DNA from: Paraphysomonas bandaiensis
Taxonomy: Eukaryota > Protista > Chrysophyceae
Assembly: GCA_965644295.1 (NCBI GenBank)
Contig: CBFFRP010000616.1
Span: 128,859 to 192,858 of the forward strand
DNA length: 64,000 nucleotides
Reading direction: 5' to 3'
The stretch's first letter is position 1; each line of letters opens with the position of its first letter. Made by a program: the position numbers and the translations under genes. Below the pieces are notes generated by a model that did not search any database, had not been told where the DNA came from, and saw only the letters and a program-made list of their open reading frames with translations. Below, one piece after another: positions 61,701 through 64,000 of the stretch.

Positions 61701-64000
61701 GAGCGTTGTCTTTGCTGACTGCTAATGCTGGATCATCTGGTGTGAGTGGTCAATTGGTGTTGAGTACTGGTACTTCTAGTCGAGGCAACAGTGGTTCGTT
61801 GTACATTGGCAGTGGATCTGGTTCAAGTGGTCGTGGTGGTTCAGTGTATGTGACAGTAGGATCTGGCAACAGTGGTTCTGGTGGTGAGTTGGCATTGTCT
61901 GCTGGTACTTCATCTTCCCAGAGTGGTGGCCGTTTGACAATTGTAAGTGGTTATGGTTCTCGTGGTAGCAGTGGAGCATTGTCTTTGTTGACTGCCAATG
62001 CTGGATCATCTGGTGTGAGTGGTCAATTGGTGTTGAGTACTGGTACTTCTAGTCGAGGCAACAGTGGTTCGTTGTACATTGGTAGTGGATCTGCATCAAG
62101 TGGTCGTGGTGGTTCAGTGTATGTGACAGTAGGATCTGGCAACAGTGGATCAGGTGGTGAGTTGATGTTGTCAGCTGGCGAGTCATCATCGGAGAGTGGC
62201 GGTCGTTTGACAATTGTTACTGGTTCTGGGTCTGAGGGAAGTAGTGGAGCATTGTCCTTGTTGACTGCTAATGCTGGATTATCTGGTGTGAGTGGTCAAT
62301 TGGTGTTGAGTACTGGTACTTCTAGTCGAGGCAACAGTGGTTCGTTGTACATTGGCAGTGGATCTGCATCAAGTGGTCGTGGTGGTTCAGTGTATGTGAC
62401 AGTAGGATCTGGCAACAGTGGATCTGGTGGTGAGTTGGCACTATCTGCTGGTACTTCATCTTCCCAGAGTGGTGGTCGTTTGACAATTGTAAGTGGTTAT
62501 GGTTCTCGTGGTAGCAGTGGAGCATTGTCTTTGTTGACTGCTAATGCTGGATCATCTGGTGTGAGTGGTCAATTGGTGTTGAGTACTGGTACTTCTAGTC
62601 GAGGCAACAGTGGTTCGTTGTACATTGGCAGTGGATCTGGTGCAAGTGGTCGTGGTGGTTCAGTGTATGTGACAGTGGGGTCCGGTGACAGTGGATCAGG
62701 TGGTGAGTTGATGTTGTCAGCTGGCGAGTCATCATCGGAGAGTGGTGGTCGTTTAACAATTGTCACTGGTTATAGTTCAGAGCGATCCAGTGGAGCATTG
62801 TCCTTGTTGACTGCTAATGCTGGATCATCTGGTGTGAGTGGTCAATTGGTGTTGAGTACTGGTACTTCCAGTCGAGGCAACAGTGGTTCATTGTATATTG
62901 GCAGTGGATCTGGTGCAAGTGGTCGTGGTGGTTCAGTGTATGTGACAGTAGGATCTGGCAACAGTGGATCAGGTGGTGAGTTGGTGCTGTCAGCTGGCGA
63001 GACATCATCGGAGAGTGGTGGTCGTTTGACAATTGTAACTGGTTTCAGTTCAGAGCGATCCAGTGGAGCATTGTCCTTGTTGACTGCTAATGCGGGATCA
63101 TCTGGTGTGAGTGGTCAATTGGTGTTGAGTACTGGTACTTCTAGTCGAGGCAACAGTGGTTCGTTGTACATTGGTAGTGGATCTGGTGCAAGTGGTCGTG
63201 GTGGTTCAGTGTATGTGACAGTAGGATCAGGCAACAGTGGATCAGGTGGTGAGTTGATGTTGTCAGCTGGCGAGTCATCATCGGAGAGTGGTGGTCGTTT
63301 GACAATTGTTACTGGTTCTGGATCTGTGGGAAGTAGTGGAGCATTGTCTTTGTTGACTGCTAATGCAGGATCATCTGGTGTGAGTGGTCAATTGGTGTTG
63401 AGTACTGGTACTTCTAGTCGAGGCAACAGTGGTTCGTTGTACATTGGCAGTGGATCTGCATCAAGTGGTCGTGGTGGTTCAGTGTATGTGACAGTAGGAT
63501 CTGGCAACAGTGGATCAGGTGGTGAGTTGATGTTGTCAGCTGGCGAGTCATCCTCGGAGAGTGGTGGTCGTTTGACAATTGTAACTGGTTTCAGTTCAGA
63601 GCGATCCAGTGGAGCATTGTCTTTGTTGACTGCCAATGCTGGATCATCTGGTGTGAGTGGTCAATTGGTGTTGAGTACTGGTACTTCTAGTCGAGGCAAC
63701 AGTGGTTCGTTGTACATTGGTAGTGGATCTGGTGCAAGTGGTCGTGGTGGTTCAGTGTATGTGACAGTAGGATCTGGCAACAGTGGATCAGGTGGTGAGT
63801 TGATGTTGTCAGCTGGCGAGTCATCCTCGGAGAGTGGTGGTCGTTTGACAATAGTTACTGGTTCTGGAGCTGTGGGTAGTAGTGGAGCATTGTCTTTGTT
63901 GACTGCCAACGCTGGATCATCTGGTGTGAGTGGTCAATTGGTGTTGAGTACTGGTACTTCCAGTCGAGGCAACAGTGGTTCGTTGTATATTGGTAGTGGA
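2..64000 (+). CDS. Internal fragment (at least 21,333 aa, open at both ends) of a giant Gly/Ser-rich beta-repeat fibre-like protein with internal Peptidase S74/ICA domains
   Basis: Frame +2 reads VSAGSSSLYSGAAVSVSSGSTTAANEAGGGLTLSSGDG... at base 2 and ...SRGNSGSLYIGSG at base 64000. Every stretch I translated by hand is stop-free and in the same frame. All + strand ORFs in the supplied track start at multiples of 3 (frame +3) and none is in frame +2, although frame +2 has an ATG at 182 and many later. A stop in frame +2 would have produced a listed ORF. All internal duplication offsets are multiples of 3. Confidence 0.96.
4021..4326 (+). repeat. Dispersed coding repeat B, copy 1 (about 306 nt)
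   Basis: Near-identical to 7204-7509 (offset 3183 nt = 1061 codons) with a few substitutions. The shadow ORFs 3855..4271 and 7068..7454 share their C-terminal text. Confidence 0.93.
5573..5890 (+). other. Peptidase S74 / intramolecular chaperone (ICA) domain, copy 1, catalytic Ser replaced by Ala (predicted non-cleaving)
   Basis: PADSRIKRDIDTVDTDSLLHRLNQVKIQSYRYTKDWLEARDDIEDIRVRGVIAEDLAQVFPEHVSVIPEYKLEDRGVSFKNFHQVDKTSLMMDMIAAMQSQSRRFS. It carries the family motifs (S)DxRxK-x-x-I, Y-x-Y, G-x-IA(QE)-x-x-x-x-x-PE-x-V and a terminal helix. Ala codon GCC at 5576-5578, Lys at 5591-5593. Confidence 0.9.
7204..7509 (+). repeat. Dispersed coding repeat B, copy 2
   Basis: Matches 4021-4326 from tcgtggtggtgatg to ggcggttcggt. 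Confidence 0.93.
7898..10821 (+). repeat. Coding repeat C: a block of about 407 nt in four copies (7898, 8702, 9557, 10412), the last three inside an 855-nt (285-aa) tandem of about 2.5 copies
   Basis: ggtgatgttttggtatcagctggccgtagtgtgtccgatcat recurs at offsets 804, 855 and 855. Shadow ORFs 8842/9697 and 9139/9994 are identical and 855 apart. Confidence 0.96.
12677..19140 (+). repeat. Large intragenic duplication D, copy 1 (6464 nt)
   Basis: Near-identical to 19223-25686 (offset 6546 nt = 2182 codons). Shadow ORF pairs such as 13207/19753 and 14746/21292 confirm the offset. Confidence 0.97.
19223..25686 (+). repeat. Large intragenic duplication D, copy 2
   Basis: Starts at agtggtagtgctacactacgtact and ends after gagtc(a/t)attggtgg. 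I noticed about ten substitutions relative to copy 1. An 82-nt unique linker lies at 19141-19222. Confidence 0.97.
26502..28285 (+). repeat. Third, partial copy of duplication D (1784 nt)
   Basis: Matches 22473-24256 (offset 4029) and 15927-17710. Shadow ORFs 16180, 22726 and 26755 are identical. Confidence 0.96.
36149..36466 (+). other. Peptidase S74 / intramolecular chaperone (ICA) domain, copy 2, intact Ser-Lys dyad (predicted autocleavage site)
   Basis: SSDERIKRDIQPVDENSILHRLKQVQLQSYRYTEEWLGVRDDVQDVRVRGVIAQELAKVFPEHVKVIPEYTLEDKNITFKNFHQVDKTSLMMDLIAAIQEQAKRFS. Canonical SDxRxK (Ser 36152-36154, Lys 36167-36169) and GVIAQE. About 70% identical to copy 1 without gaps (74/106 by hand count). 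Confidence 0.93.
37793..38579 (+). repeat. Coding repeat E, copy 1 (787 nt)
   Basis: Near-identical to 39200-39986 (offset 1407 nt = 469 codons). Confidence 0.95.
39200..39986 (+). repeat. Coding repeat E, copy 2
   Basis: Runs from ggttcaggtggaaat to gatatttctagcggtg, matching 37793-38579. Confidence 0.95.
41502..46530 (+). repeat. Interrupted tandem coding repeat F, 810-nt (270-aa) unit
   Basis: The unit start cgacaggcgacagttcggattca is at 41502, 42312, 43122, 43917, 44727 and 46371, with a variant start near 45561. Unique inserts lie at about 43447-43696 and 44759-45570. Shadow ORFs 41715, 42525, 44130 and 45774 are identical. Confidence 0.95.
48400..49855 (+). repeat. Degenerate 91-92-aa units leading into array G
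   Basis: The (T/S)-(A/S)-NAG motif has its Asn codon at 49160, 49436, 49712 and 49985 (spacings 276, 276, 273). An older unit LLTANYGKGGLSGEIQLSTGKSSRGDTGALMMSTG...SIAMNVGSGNSG lies near 48416. Confidence 0.85.
49856..64000 (+). repeat. Tandem coding array G, 273-nt (91-aa) unit, about 52 copies, running off the right edge
   Basis: Unit ANAGSSGVSGQLVLSTGTSSRGNSGSLYIGSGSASSGRGGSVYVTVGSGNSGSGGELxLSAG(TSSSQ/ESSSE)SGGRLTIV(S/T)G(YGSRG/FSSER/SGSVG)SSGALSLLT. Phase is exact, e.g. shadow ORF ends at 53287 and 63661 differ by 38 x 273. Confidence 0.98.

Noticed and set aside
478-63909. Numerous minus-strand Pro/Thr/Asp/Glu-rich and His/Gln-rich ORFs in the track (e.g. 14746..15969, 37654..38967, 50037..50270)
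   Set aside because: They are antisense shadows of Gly/Ser/Val codons (GGT gives ACC or CCA, TCT gives AGA). They repeat with the DNA duplications, have no recognisable domains and lie wholly inside the frame +2 gene.
49856-64000. 273-nt array as a CRISPR array or non-coding satellite
   Set aside because: There are no unique spacers and no cas genes. The unit is a multiple of 3 and stop-free in frame +2, much of the variation is at third codon positions, and it is continuous with the upstream coding pattern.
2-64000. Assignment to PE-PGRS, collagen, silk, ice-nucleation protein, RTX or FG-nucleoporin families
   Set aside because: The diagnostic repeats are absent: no GGAGG/GGNGG PGRS pattern, Gly-X-Y triplets, AGYGSTxT octamers, GGxGxDxLx nonamers or FG motifs. 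The regular hydrophobic strands argue against a simple disordered Gly/Ser polymer.
1-64000. Strong G+T skew on the + strand as a replication or G-quadruplex signal
   Set aside because: It is explained by the codons GGT, TCT, AGT and GTT in a Gly/Ser/Val-rich protein.

Overview
The whole 64-kb window is the interior of one uninterrupted reading frame on the + strand (frame +2, 2..64000, 21,333 codons). The frame is open at both window edges, which is why the ORF track misses it. The listed ORFs are antisense or off-frame shadows of this gene. The product is a Gly/Ser-rich protein built from about 13-16-residue units of the form [GS]G-x-hydrophobic-x-hydrophobic-x-[SAT]G plus a short loop, suggesting a beta-solenoid or triple-beta-helix fibre. 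Two internal, paralogous domains of about 106 aa (5573-5890 and 36149-36466) match the Peptidase S74 / intramolecular chaperone autoprocessing (ICA) family of phage tailspikes and MYRF. The second keeps the Ser-x4-Lys catalytic dyad (S-D-E-R-I-K). The first has Ala at the catalytic Ser (A-D-S-R-I-K). The gene has grown by in-frame duplications: 810-nt and 855-nt tandem units, a 6546-nt-period duplication with a third partial copy, dispersed copies, and an array of about 52 x 273-nt (91-aa) units that runs off the right edge. The best reading is a giant, probably trimeric, self-chaperoning and self-cleaving fibre polyprotein. Host and function cannot be determined from this window. No RNA genes, CRISPR arrays, mobile elements or intergenic DNA are seen.
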